Assembly (NCBI GenBank): GCA_004375965.1
Contig: SOIS01000073.1
Span: 14,802 to 78,801, forward strand
Reading direction: 5' to 3'
Length of the DNA: 64,000 nucleotides
Origin: Candidatus Cloacimonadota bacterium
Lineage (GTDB): Bacteria > Hydrothermota > E44-bin80
Under the pieces are notes generated by a model that did no database searches, was not told the DNA's origin, and was given only the letters and a program-made list of their open reading frames with translations. Position numbers and translations under genes: made by a program. The stretch's first letter is position 1. Each line of letters starts with the position of its first letter. This document shows, piece by piece, positions 28,258 through 37,851 of the stretch.

Positions 28258-29571
28258 ATGTTACAAATACTTAAGGGAACACATTTCAATTTCATAAAGG
28301 CAAGAAAAAAAGCTTTTATTCTATCACTTATTCTTATAGGTATTGGAATAGTATCTTTAATCATACGGGGCGGATTGAACTATGGTATAGATTTTACAGG
28401 TGGCACACTGATTCAGTTACATTTTGATAAGCCCATCTCAACGGAAAAGATAAGGAACGCACTGAGTGAAATAGGTTATACAAAGGCACAGATTCAGAAG
28501 TTTGGAACTGCAAATGATTTCCTTATAAAGACCATTGCACTTGAGAGCTTTATAACTGATACAGCTGGGCCCTATATCATTAAAGCACATATTGAGATTG
28601 AAGGAGGAGCAACAAAAAGTATCATCATAAAAGCAACTGCTTCAGACAGAACGAGAGGGAATGGAGTAATTGGTGCTGTAGAGTTCTTTGTGGATTCTCT
28701 TGGAGAAAAAGGAAAGGGTATCGAGATGAGCAGTGTCGATATCTTTGATTCCCCAGAGGAAGAGGTTGTTGCAACCATTCCTTTACCTGACTGGGAATCT
28801 AATACAACGCATATAATCTATATAAGAGCAATGGATACGAATGGGAACTGGGGAGAAGAGAAAAAAATCGTGCTACAGATTTCTCGTGATGCCTTAATAA
28901 TGCCAGAAGAAACATCCTCAGAAGAAGATATAAAAGCGGTTTCGGAAAAGCCAAAACTCGAAACCACGGGTTTTATGATAAAATCTAAATTAGAAGAGTT
29001 CTTTCCTGATAATCCTATACGAGTTGATAGAGAAGAGATGGTTGGACCTGCGGTCTCGAGAAACCTTCAATGGAAAGCACTTTGGGTTGTCCTTATTGGA
29101 ATGGTTGCAATTCTTATATATGTGAGTTTCAGGTTTACATTCAGGTTTGGAGTTGGAGCAGTGATTGCACTCTTTCACGATATCTTTATAACAATCGGTA
29201 TACTGTCCATAATGGGAAAAGAATTCACCATTCCGATAGTTGCCGCCATTCTCACAATTGTAGGTTACTCAATTAATGATACTATTGTAATATCGGATAG
29301 AATAAGGGAAAATCTCAAACTATTAAGAAAAGAAGATTTTGGAGAATTAATCAACATAAGTATAAATCAAACACTCTCAAGGACTATCATCACATCCCTT
29401 ACAACATTTATTGCTCTGTTTGTACTTTTTCTTTTTGGTGGTAAGGTAATCCATGATTTTTCCTTTGCTCTTCTTGTTGGAATAGTTATCGGTACCTATT
29501 CTTCTGTATTTGTTGTTGCACCGATTGTATATCAGTGGGAATTAAAAAGTCCGACTAGAAAAAGAAAATAA
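28258..29571 (+). CDS. secF: protein translocase subunit SecF (with about 130-aa periplasmic insertion)
   Basis: GIDFTGGTLIQL, then VGPAVSRNL...HDIFITIGILS...YSINDTIVISDRIRE (SecF). Separated from secD by 9 nt, with an AGGAGA Shine-Dalgarno. Confidence 0.8.
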   Translation: MLQILKGTHFNFIKARKKAFILSLILIGIGIVSLIIRGGLNYGIDFTGGTLIQLHFDKPISTEKIRNALSEIGYTKAQIQKFGTANDFLIKTIALESFITDTAGPYIIKAHIEIEGGATKSIIIKATASDRTRGNGVIGAVEFFVDSLGEKGKGIEMSSVDIFDSPEEEVVATIPLPDWESNTTHIIYIRAMDTNGNWGEEKKIVLQISRDALIMPEETSSEEDIKAVSEKPKLETTGFMIKSKLEEFFPDNPIRVDREEMVGPAVSRNLQWKALWVVLIGMVAILIYVSFRFTFRFGVGAVIALFHDIFITIGILSIMGKEFTIPIVAAILTIVGYSINDTIVISDRIRENLKLLRKEDFGELINISINQTLSRTIITSLTTFIALFVLFLFGGKVIHDFSFALLVGIVIGTYSSVFVVAPIVYQWELKSPTRKRK

Positions 29572-29661
29572 AATGAGTAGAATTGAAAAAATACTTGCAC
29601 CCGGTTAAGAAAGTTGCGCAATACAGACCAGAAACTCGCAGAATTCGAATAAATTTACTAC

Positions 29662-31329
29662 CTATTGAAGCTTTGCGATAACCCTTTTTATAATCCTTTT
29701 GGCTTTACTTTTGACCCTTTTTAATAAACCATCAACTTCAGCCTTTATCGATTTTTTGAACTCCTCATCCTTTATATTACCAAGGTTTATAATCACATTT
29801 AAATAACCACCTTCACATGCTGCATCTGCCATAATCGCTGCAACTCCAGCATCACTCACCGAGTTCTGATTTCCTTTTTTTTCTGCTACAGCAGCAAGAT
29901 CCAGTATTCTTTCTGACTTCTTCATTATCTCAAGAGGAACAAGTGTTGCTTTTTTTGTGGCTTCCTCAATTGCTTCATCCCTCTTTTTCTTTTCCTCTTC
30001 CGTCTTCTTCTTTAGTCGCATTGCGCTCATCACATTATTGAATGCTTCTGCATCCTTTTCAATCAGATCGATAAACTCGTCTTTCAAAACCTGCGCCTGC
30101 AGCGCCAGATTCTTCATTCTTCTGTTGGCTTTCCTGTATTCCTTTTTCCCATATGTAAGGTTAGCTACCATTGACGATAAGGCTGAACCGAGTGCTCCTG
30201 AGAGTGCCGCTACACTTCCTCCGCCTGGAGTAGGTGAATCAGTTGACAATTCATTTGAAAATTCACGAAGATTCATGCTCAAGAGTTCTTGCTTCTCAGC
30301 TATTGCATACTCGATAATCTTCTCTTCTGGCTTAAATGGATAGAGCTGGTCCATTCCTAACGAAATAACTGCTGTTCTTATCAGTTCCTCATCTGGCACA
30401 CCTGGACATTTTCTCTGTTTCTCCAGGTAATATCTCCCTGTCTGCAGCATTGCCTCTTTTGGTATTAAGCCAACAAGCTCGCTGCCTGTTACCCTTAAAC
30501 CAAGTTTTCTTGCCTCTTTTCTGCATTCCTCAAATAATTTATACAATGGAGTAATTTTATAATTCGTAAGGTTCACAGATACCTGGGCAATCCCGTACTC
30601 GTCAATATACCACCCAACACCCTTAACTTCCTTTAGTTTTCCAGGTATCTTTACTGTTTTACCATTTTCATCCCTTATTATCTTTCCTTTCTCATCCCGT
30701 TTTACCCGACCCTGCTCACGTATATTCAGAGCAATTTCATGTGCCAGCTTTCTTTCTCTTGTATTAAGATTTATATTGTATGCAATAAGAAATTCACGAG
30801 CACCAATAATCGTTGCACCCAATTTTTTATTAAAAACCGGTTCTCCATAATCAGGTTTCCACTCAGGATCTTTGAGTTTCTCAGGAAGACCCTCATACTC
30901 TCCCTCCCTGACTACTGCAAGGTTCCTTCTCTCCGGTTTTGTTGCCGCCTCTTCATATAAATAGACAGGAATTGAAAGTTCCCGTGCTACCCTGTCCCCA
31001 ACCTCATTGGCAATCTTCACACAATCCTCCATGGTAACGCCTGCAACAGGAACGAATGGGCATACATCCGTGGCTCCCATCCTTGAGTGCGCACCTTTAT
31101 GCTTACTCATATCCAGGACTTCCGACGCCTTTTTGATCGCTCTGAAGGCTGCTTCCTTGACACCTTCAGGTGTTCCAACAAAGGTAACGACCGTCCTGTT
31201 GGTTGCTTCACCAGGGTCAACATCAAGGAGTGTTACTCCTTTTGTTTTTGCTATCTCATCTGTTATTGTCTTAATCTTTTCCTTGTCCCTTCCTTCACTG
31301 AAATTTGGAACACATTCGACTATCTTCAT
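29662..31329 (-). CDS. ftcD: bifunctional glutamate formimidoyltransferase / formimidoyl-THF cyclodeaminase
   Basis: N-terminus KIVECVPNFSEGRD (formiminotransferase). C-terminus TPGGGSVAALSGALGSALSSMVANLT (cyclodeaminase domain). Confidence 0.8.
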   Translation of the reverse strand: MKIVECVPNFSEGRDKEKIKTITDEIAKTKGVTLLDVDPGEATNRTVVTFVGTPEGVKEAAFRAIKKASEVLDMSKHKGAHSRMGATDVCPFVPVAGVTMEDCVKIANEVGDRVARELSIPVYLYEEAATKPERRNLAVVREGEYEGLPEKLKDPEWKPDYGEPVFNKKLGATIIGAREFLIAYNINLNTRERKLAHEIALNIREQGRVKRDEKGKIIRDENGKTVKIPGKLKEVKGVGWYIDEYGIAQVSVNLTNYKITPLYKLFEECRKEARKLGLRVTGSELVGLIPKEAMLQTGRYYLEKQRKCPGVPDEELIRTAVISLGMDQLYPFKPEEKIIEYAIAEKQELLSMNLREFSNELSTDSPTPGGGSVAALSGALGSALSSMVANLTYGKKEYRKANRRMKNLALQAQVLKDEFIDLIEKDAEAFNNVMSAMRLKKKTEEEKKKRDEAIEEATKKATLVPLEIMKKSERILDLAAVAEKKGNQNSVSDAGVAAIMADAACEGGYLNVIINLGNIKDEEFKKSIKAEVDGLLKRVKSKAKRIIKRVIAKLQ

Positions 31330-31451
31330 CCAGCTAACCTCCTTCTATATTTGTATCCAAATCTATATCTTTTCTTAATTAAACCATTTTCATTACATTG
31401 TCAAGGGAAAATCGTTGAAACAACATTGTAGGGGCAAAGGTTGCCCCTACA

Positions 31452-32471
31452 TTATTTTTTGCTCCTACGCAACTTTGCTATTGCCTTGTAGTGTTCCTTT
31501 GCAGTCCTTGAAAATATGTGTGAGCCATCTCCCTTCGCAACATAATAAAGAAAATCTGTATCTGCTGGATAGAGTGCTGCAATAATTGCTGATTTACCTG
31601 GACTGGCTATTGGTCCTGGAGGTAGACCTTTATGAATATATGTATTATAAGGTGATTTTACTTTCAGATCCTTGTAAAGAAGTCTCGATTTATGTTTCGG
31701 AAGTGCAAACTGAACTGTAGCATCACATTCAAGTGCCCTATCCAGTTTAAGTCTTTTATGATAGACCTGTGAAACAATAGGGTTCTCCTTTTCTATCATT
31801 GTCTCCTCTTCTATCATTGATGCAAGTGTAACAACTTCATAAACTGTAAAACCTATTTCTTCGGCCCGTTTCTTTAAGGAATCGTTAAAAACCTTCCAGA
31901 ACTCTCTGACGAATCTTTCAATCACTTCTTTCTCAGTAACTCCATAGTTAAATTCATAGGTATTCGGGTAAAGGAATCCCTCAAAGTTCTTCCCAGTGAT
32001 ACCCATTCTCGCTGCATATTTTTTGTCGTTTGCAAGTTTAAGGAATTTTTTCCTATCAATCTTGAGTTTACTCTCTAAGATTTCTGCAACCTCTTTTAGT
32101 CTTAATCCTTCAGGAATAGCTGCTGACAATGCAATTGTTTCTCCCTTTACCAATGTTTTCAAAACCTGACGTACACTCATTCCTTTATGAAATAGATATC
32201 TTCCCGCCTTTATATTTTTCTCTTCGCCAGTTATCTTTGTATGAAAAACAAACCGTTTTGCAGATGTAATAACTTCTTCTTCTTCCAGCATCTTTCCAAT
32301 CTTCTGCGCAGATGCTCCATCAGGAATTTCGACTATTACCTCTTCTTTAGGGGGCTTCTTTTTAGAACCCAAAAAAACAACGATATTATAACAAATCCCT
32401 GCAATGGATACAGCAATTAAGAAAATTATGAATACTTTAGGTATCCTTTTTATTCTTATTCTCATTCTCAA
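31452..32471 (-). CDS. mltG: endolytic murein transglycosylase MltG (YceG family)
   Basis: N-terminal TM, then GRYLF..GMS....L and LASMIEEET motifs of YceG. Confidence 0.8.
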   Translation of the reverse strand: MRMRIRIKRIPKVFIIFLIAVSIAGICYNIVVFLGSKKKPPKEEVIVEIPDGASAQKIGKMLEEEEVITSAKRFVFHTKITGEEKNIKAGRYLFHKGMSVRQVLKTLVKGETIALSAAIPEGLRLKEVAEILESKLKIDRKKFLKLANDKKYAARMGITGKNFEGFLYPNTYEFNYGVTEKEVIERFVREFWKVFNDSLKKRAEEIGFTVYEVVTLASMIEEETMIEKENPIVSQVYHKRLKLDRALECDATVQFALPKHKSRLLYKDLKVKSPYNTYIHKGLPPGPIASPGKSAIIAALYPADTDFLYYVAKGDGSHIFSRTAKEHYKAIAKLRRSKK

Positions 32472-32499
32472 CTACTTTCCACTTTAAGGTAAAGAAGTG

Positions 32500-32922
32500 T
32501 CATTCTTTCTCTCCTAAACTATCAAGGTAGGATTGTAAAATCAAAGATGCAGCAATTCTGTCAACCCTTTCTTTTTCCCTACTTGGTTTCCTATTCATAT
32601 CCTTCATAATTCGCTCTGCCTCCACGGTTGAATATCTCTCATCCCATAGTGTTATCTCAATATTAAATTTTCCCTTAATTTTTTTTGCAAATTTTTCTAC
32701 CTGCTCTGCCCTTTTCCCCTTTTTCCCGTTTGTTCTTAACGGATAACCGATGACAATATGCTTTAGTGGAAACCGTTCCAAAATTTTGTTAATACCTTCC
32801 TCTATTTTCTTCCTCTCAATGGTTTCAAGTGGCATAGCAATCATGCATAACGGATCGCTGATTGCTATGCCAACTCGTTTCTCTCCAAAATCAATTCCAA
32901 GAATTCGTTCTTCTTCTTTCAT
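32500..32922 (-). CDS. ruvX: Holliday junction resolvase-like protein RuvX/YqgF
   Basis: ILGIDFGEKRVGIAISDP N-terminus. 140 aa. Confidence 0.85.
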   Translation of the reverse strand: MKEEERILGIDFGEKRVGIAISDPLCMIAMPLETIERKKIEEGINKILERFPLKHIVIGYPLRTNGKKGKRAEQVEKFAKKIKGKFNIEITLWDERYSTVEAERIMKDMNRKPSREKERVDRIAASLILQSYLDSLGEKE

Positions 32923-32982
32923 ACTTCTTTATCTTTTCAAATGTCTTGTAGTCGCATGCTTCAGTCCGTATGTTTTTTTAAT

Positions 32983-33066
32983 GGTAGCCGCAGGCTTTTG
33001 CCTGCGTATTTTTACACACCTTAACCCCGTAAATGGCATTTTACGGGGTTAAAAGGTGCGGCTACC
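32983..33066 (-). other. structured intergenic element (nested hairpins, three-way-junction-like) between cdd and ruvX
   Basis: Outer stem GGTAGCCGC/GCGGCTACC encloses hairpin AGGC-TTTT-GCCT (extendable to CGCAGGC/GCCTGCG) and hairpin TTAACCCCGTAAA-tggcat-TTTACGGGGTTAA. It overlaps the cdd stop codon. Confidence 0.5.
33021..33052. repeat. hairpin TTAACCCCGTAAA-tggcat-TTTACGGGGTTAA, same family
   Basis: Shares the TTAACCCCGT arm with the 19943 repeat. Part of the cdd-ruvX structured element. Confidence 0.55.
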
Positions 33067-33475
33067 TTATCCTTTTATCCTTTTTCCTTTTTCCTTGAAG
33101 CTCGAATCCCTCGGGCAATAACTCCTTCAAGGAATAACTCTTTATTCTATTGTTTTGAAGCGTAATGATGGTAATATCGGGAGCAAACTCAAACAGCACC
33201 TGTCTGCAAGCACCGCATGGAAGGACTGAGGTGTTTTCCTGACCAACAACTGCAAGTTTCAAAAAGTCCCTTTCCCCTTCTGAAACCGCCTTGAAAAGAG
33301 CCACCCTCTCGGCACAGCAGGTTAACCCAAAAGAACTGTTTTCTACATTACACCCTGTGTAAACTGCTCCACTCTTTGTAAGTATTGCAGCACCTACTGA
33401 AAATTTTGAATAAGGAGTATATGCATACTTCCATGCTTCTTTTGCCTTATCTAATAATTCTCTATCTGTCATCAT
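33062..33475 (-). CDS. cdd: cytidine deaminase
   Basis: CAERVALFKAV...PCGACRQVLFEF zinc-binding motifs. 137 aa. Confidence 0.85.
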   Translation of the reverse strand: MMTDRELLDKAKEAWKYAYTPYSKFSVGAAILTKSGAVYTGCNVENSSFGLTCCAERVALFKAVSEGERDFLKLAVVGQENTSVLPCGACRQVLFEFAPDITIITLQNNRIKSYSLKELLPEGFELQGKRKKDKRIR

Positions 33476-33724
33476 TTTATAATCTCAATCTTAAATCCAC
33501 ATAGGATAAACACCTCGTAATTGTGTGGAGAAGGGCGTCATTGCGAGTTCTCCTTCTTACTTGACCCATGCAAAGCAATCTCATATTCTCAGTCATTATC
33601 TTTTTAGTCTTTCCTTTATCCTGTCCATAGCTCATCGAAGGACTTTTTTTATTGTTTTTTTGTCTTCTCCTTACTGCATACTCCTTACTCACAACTATCC
33701 TTATCCTGTCAACTGAAAGAGAAG

Positions 33725-33746
33725 GGGGGCAGATTTCCCTGCCCCC
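33725..33746 (-). terminator. rho-independent terminator downstream of lipoprotein gene
   Basis: On the minus strand: GGGGGCAG-GGAAAU-CUGCCCCC followed by CUUCUCUUUC. Confidence 0.5.
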
Positions 33747-33780
33747 ATCTCTTTATTTCGCACCATCTTCTTGGTTCCAA

Positions 33781-35025
33781 TTACGGCATCAGGAACTCTT
33801 TTTCATAATCATCATTCCATTCGCCTCCGACACCATTTGGGTTTGGCGGTATATTGCCATCAAGGTACCAGCTACCGGGTGCTGCCTCTTTCACATCCTT
33901 GCTGACCCACAGCTTATACCAAGTTCCACTTACTGCATTCTCTAAAGTATAACGGAACCCTTTTCCATCATATTCATTAATTATGGAACCAACAAGGTTC
34001 TGTTTGGTTGCGTTATTAAAAACCTTAATGTTTGTTGTTGTGAATGTGGATGTATCCATATCATCATCAAATCTAACAACAAGTTCCTCTCCAGAAACAT
34101 AGGCAACGGATACCTGCGGAGGTTCACCATCGAGCAATGTATCTATTGCTTCAGTGATAAAATCCCAGGTATAATCAGGGATATTTGCTACCCAACCATC
34201 GTTTTCACCTACAAATCCAAGAAGAACATTTCCACATGTATCGAAAACACTTGCACATTCAACTGTAACGGTATACTGTGTTGCCTCGTCAAGCTTACTC
34301 CTTGGTTGGAAACTGACGTGATTCAAAGCTGCAGTAAGAAGGGTACAGGAGACAGATACCTGACTGGATGTCTTCATCAACGTGAAGTTGGTCAATGTCA
34401 GCGTAGTTGTATCAATATCACTATCCGTGAATAAAACAGCAATGGTCGGTAATGTATCAACACCATTCGTTGTGCCGGGGGTTACCCAATCTATCTCGGG
34501 ATGGACAAAATCAACGTCTCCAACATTCCCGGTCCCTGTATAGAGTCTATATCTGTAATCATCGTAAGGCGAGCCGTCAATTAATCCATTATCATTACCA
34601 TCCAGTTGAATACCTGCATTATTCTTTAGATCGCTTTTAAGTGTGACAACAAATACTGCATCATCACTGAATGTACCTCTGAAAACTGCCTTTTTTATCT
34701 CTGGATAGTATGTTAATGTTGCACCGGTTATTGAGGTACCATTTGTTGTATCCCTGACAATAATATTGGATGTATTAACTGTACTTGCATCCATAAAATC
34801 CAAAAAATAGATGATAATCTCGCCTGTTGAAGGGTCAACATCCACTATTTCCCCATCGATACCTGGATCTAAAGTAGTTGTATCGATAAAGGAAAGATTT
34901 TCCTGCGGCGTATCGTTGTATCCTCCTCTATTAGGATCGAAAGGATTATCCTCTTTACCACAACCAAAGATAAGCATAAGAGCAATAGCAATTATTACAA
35001 TAATCATCATTGTTTTCTTAAACAT
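33781..35025 (-). CDS. hypothetical lipoprotein (Thr/Asp-rich, Ig-like beta-rich)
   Basis: Signal peptide with lipobox-like IFGCG. Composition rich in T/D/G/V, typical of surface beta-sandwich domains. Confidence 0.5.
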   Translation of the reverse strand: MFKKTMMIIVIIAIALMLIFGCGKEDNPFDPNRGGYNDTPQENLSFIDTTTLDPGIDGEIVDVDPSTGEIIIYFLDFMDASTVNTSNIIVRDTTNGTSITGATLTYYPEIKKAVFRGTFSDDAVFVVTLKSDLKNNAGIQLDGNDNGLIDGSPYDDYRYRLYTGTGNVGDVDFVHPEIDWVTPGTTNGVDTLPTIAVLFTDSDIDTTTLTLTNFTLMKTSSQVSVSCTLLTAALNHVSFQPRSKLDEATQYTVTVECASVFDTCGNVLLGFVGENDGWVANIPDYTWDFITEAIDTLLDGEPPQVSVAYVSGEELVVRFDDDMDTSTFTTTNIKVFNNATKQNLVGSIINEYDGKGFRYTLENAVSGTWYKLWVSKDVKEAAPGSWYLDGNIPPNPNGVGGEWNDDYEKEFLMP

Positions 35026-35054
35026 CTTTTCACCTCCTTATAATCTTTTTATTA

Positions 35055-36770
35055 TTAAAACTTCAGCGTTGCGGATACCCTCCAGTTGGAGAGATCTGTT
35101 AGGTCTGAAAATCCCATCAAATCAATCTGAAGATTTTCACTAACTGTATACCCCAATCCGTACGTATAGGTAGTGTTACTGGAAGAAACGGTAATATCCT
35201 CAGATGAACCAATATCTTCAAGGTTTGGATTATCAATGAAAACATCAGTTACCGTTCCATCTCCACGTTCTGTATGTACAAGCCCAGGAGATGCATCAAT
35301 AAGATCCATATTCGTAGTCGTCTCGGTAAGGTTGATGGAATGTATTGCGCCAAGTCTGAAAACAAGGGGGTTTTTCACATTGAATTCCACACAGACAGGA
35401 AAACTGATACTATTCATTCCCTCTGTGGTCTTTGTCTGAACAGTACTGGAATATGTAGTAGTTTGCGTATAGTCATCGTTATCATTCGGTTCATTATCAC
35501 CATCATCGTATGCAAAGACAAACCTTGCATTCTCTGATTCAACCCTTGTAGAATCCATTCTACTTGAAAGCAAGCCTAATCCAAATGCAAATTTAACCTT
35601 TTCTGTAAGGTCATAGATAACCTTTCCCCTTACACTCACTGTCTGAGAGGAACCATCACCAGTTATCTCTATTGTTTCTGAACCGTTGGTTGCTTCTGTA
35701 TGGTTATCTGCTGCTATCCTACTTCCAATAATACTGTAGTAACCCCTTGCATCGTTCTCTATCTCAAAAGAACTTCTATTGTAAGAGGCGTCAAATCTCA
35801 GATGAGTTATTTCATTCCAGTCATGGATGTACGAGAGCCATCCGGTCATAGAATTTCCTTTATACGGTATATTATCTTCATATTCCTCTGTCATTGTATA
35901 CGTATCGGTGATGCTCGGATCGTCTGGACTACCGTTCCAGTTATCTGTTTTGTCCCTAACATCTTTGGAAGTACCTGAAAACATACCGTATCCAAAGTGC
36001 AGACCGAACGCCCTTGTTTCATTGAGATATTTCCAGAAGGATAGACCAAAGAGGTGTTCAATCATATCGTTGGTTGCTGAACCTGTCCCAACACGGCTCT
36101 CTGTGAATGTTCTATTACCAGATTCAAGATTGAAATCAGTAAAGTCAAACGTAAAGTTAACAGGCATACCCACAATATCGTAGCCATATTCTTCAGTATT
36201 GGTCGTATTTAACCTGTAGAAAAGACCCAGGAGTTTTCCATCTAAATCCTTGCCAAAGCCTAAAATAAAATCCTTGGTGCCCTCATCAGTCCAGGCCTCC
36301 CTTGTCTCCTCCACATCAGTCCTTCTATCGTATGTTCCGTTAGTGTCATCATCAAAAAATTCGGAATAGACAACATGACCGTAACCGTCTATGGGAAAAC
36401 CATCCATATCATCTAATCCTGTGTACAAGGCTTCTTTTTCATTGTATCTATCAATGACAATACCAAAGTGTCCCAAGTTGAAAAGCGGTGTTGTTGATCC
36501 ACCAATGAGGAAGTAGTTATTGGTGTAGTTGGAAAATGGTTCTTCGCCTTTATCCACAAGATTACTCAAGTTTGTATAAAGCCTTGACCCTTCAATCAGT
36601 GGTAAACGTGCAGGATCAGGGAGTGGGTAGGGACCAAGCCATAAATCATAATCATCTTCAAGAAGATAAGCAGTCGATGCATTTCTAAAGGATGTATTTG
36701 TGAATGCACCAAGCGAAATAACGGAAATAACTGTAAATAATAGGATTGTTGAAATAATCCTTCTTAACAT
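35055..36770 (-). CDS. probable outer-membrane beta-barrel protein
   Basis: Signal peptide, amphipathic beta pattern, C-terminal ...VSATLKF. Immediately upstream of the lipoprotein gene. Confidence 0.5.
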   Translation of the reverse strand: MLRRIISTILLFTVISVISLGAFTNTSFRNASTAYLLEDDYDLWLGPYPLPDPARLPLIEGSRLYTNLSNLVDKGEEPFSNYTNNYFLIGGSTTPLFNLGHFGIVIDRYNEKEALYTGLDDMDGFPIDGYGHVVYSEFFDDDTNGTYDRRTDVEETREAWTDEGTKDFILGFGKDLDGKLLGLFYRLNTTNTEEYGYDIVGMPVNFTFDFTDFNLESGNRTFTESRVGTGSATNDMIEHLFGLSFWKYLNETRAFGLHFGYGMFSGTSKDVRDKTDNWNGSPDDPSITDTYTMTEEYEDNIPYKGNSMTGWLSYIHDWNEITHLRFDASYNRSSFEIENDARGYYSIIGSRIAADNHTEATNGSETIEITGDGSSQTVSVRGKVIYDLTEKVKFAFGLGLLSSRMDSTRVESENARFVFAYDDGDNEPNDNDDYTQTTTYSSTVQTKTTEGMNSISFPVCVEFNVKNPLVFRLGAIHSINLTETTTNMDLIDASPGLVHTERGDGTVTDVFIDNPNLEDIGSSEDITVSSSNTTYTYGLGYTVSENLQIDLMGFSDLTDLSNWRVSATLKF

Positions 36771-36969
36771 GTAATCCTCCTTTCGTTATTCATCAAATCT
36801 TTATAAGTATAAATGTTATAAAAAACTATGATTACTCATCACCTCCTTTCTAATTAAAATATTCAAAATTACATTATTGATAGGGCAATATAAGGTATAA
36901 TATCTGTTTTGTCAAGTATTTTTTGGAGATTTTTAAAAAAACTACAAATCTGTGTAATTGTACGTCTCT

Positions 36970-37755
36970 TTAATAAAGATCTTTTCTTCTGTCCTTAAAG
37001 ATATTGTTCAGAGGATTTAAAAATTTATTCAACGCAGCGACCGTATTGATAGTTACAACGGAGACGATTTCATTATCTTCTCCTGCTCTCAAAAGAATTC
37101 TCCCTTCAGGTGAAATAATCTGGCTCATCCCAGTAAACCTATTTTCAAACCTTCCTCTCTTCTCTGTTCCCGTCCTGTTAGCAGTAATAATAAAAACTCT
37201 GTTCTCTAAAGCCCTTGTAATCATAGCATCCTGACAGTAGGACATAACAAGATTTGCTGGATGGCATATAATCTGTGCGCCCAAAAGTGCTAACCGCCTT
37301 ATAGCCTCAGGGAAAAGCCAGTCGAAACAGATTATGAGTCCGACCTTTACACCATTTTTCAATAAGAAAACCCTGTAAGGTTCGTATGCAGTATCAAAAA
37401 GCCTCTTTTCATAGCGATATAGATGTTTCTTTCTGTAGACATAATGTCGTCCATTCTCAAGGAAGAGAAAAGAGGAATTATAGACCTTTTTACCATCCCG
37501 TTCCACAAAACCACCAACTATAGACATCTTTTTCTCAGTGGAAATTCGCTTAAGAAATTTCGCTGTTTTACCATTGGGAACCGACTCACCAAATTTTGTT
37601 ACCTCTGTTTTTGTCTTGAATGTATATCCTGTAGTGAATAGTTCCGGAAGGACAAGGAGGTCGCAGGTAGAAGCATTGATAAGAGCTTTTACTTTTTTAA
37701 GGTTCTCATCAACCTTACCAAATGCTGGATTAAACTGGAGAAATCCTACCTTCAT
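36970..37755 (-). CDS. carbon-nitrogen hydrolase (nitrilase superfamily)
   Basis: Catalytic E-K-C context: LVLPELF, YRKKHL, GLIICFDWLFPE. Start taken at MKVGFLQF. The track ORF begins at a TTG inside the upstream palindrome. Confidence 0.75.
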   Translation of the reverse strand: MKVGFLQFNPAFGKVDENLKKVKALINASTCDLLVLPELFTTGYTFKTKTEVTKFGESVPNGKTAKFLKRISTEKKMSIVGGFVERDGKKVYNSSFLFLENGRHYVYRKKHLYRYEKRLFDTAYEPYRVFLLKNGVKVGLIICFDWLFPEAIRRLALLGAQIICHPANLVMSYCQDAMITRALENRVFIITANRTGTEKRGRFENRFTGMSQIISPEGRILLRAGEDNEIVSVVTINTVAALNKFLNPLNNIFKDRRKDLY

Positions 37756-37786
37756 ATTTCTACAGTATTTCATTCGCTTTAAGTAT

Positions 37787-37814
37787 GTAGGGGCGTTCAA
37801 TTGAACGCCCCTAC
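37787..37814. repeat. GC-rich palindromic hairpin element, copy 2 (GTAGGGGCGTTCAATTGAACGCCCCTAC)
   Basis: Perfect 28-nt palindrome, near-identical to copy 1, between the small secreted protein gene and the CN-hydrolase gene. Confidence 0.7.
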
Positions 37815-37851
37815 TATTTTCTTAAGCTTTCTACCTTATGCTATTTACTCT

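Noticed and set aside
33477-33692. 71-aa minus-strand ORF upstream of cdd
   Set aside because: Highly basic low-complexity translation, no Shine-Dalgarno. Lies in the promoter/terminator region between the lipoprotein gene and cdd.
35173-36183. Several 87-118 aa plus-strand ORFs
   Set aside because: All antisense within the outer-membrane protein gene. No independent signals.
36871-36895. Plus-strand TTGATA-N13-TATAAT promoter-like string
   Set aside because: Spacer too short (13 nt). It also points away from both flanking minus-strand genes.
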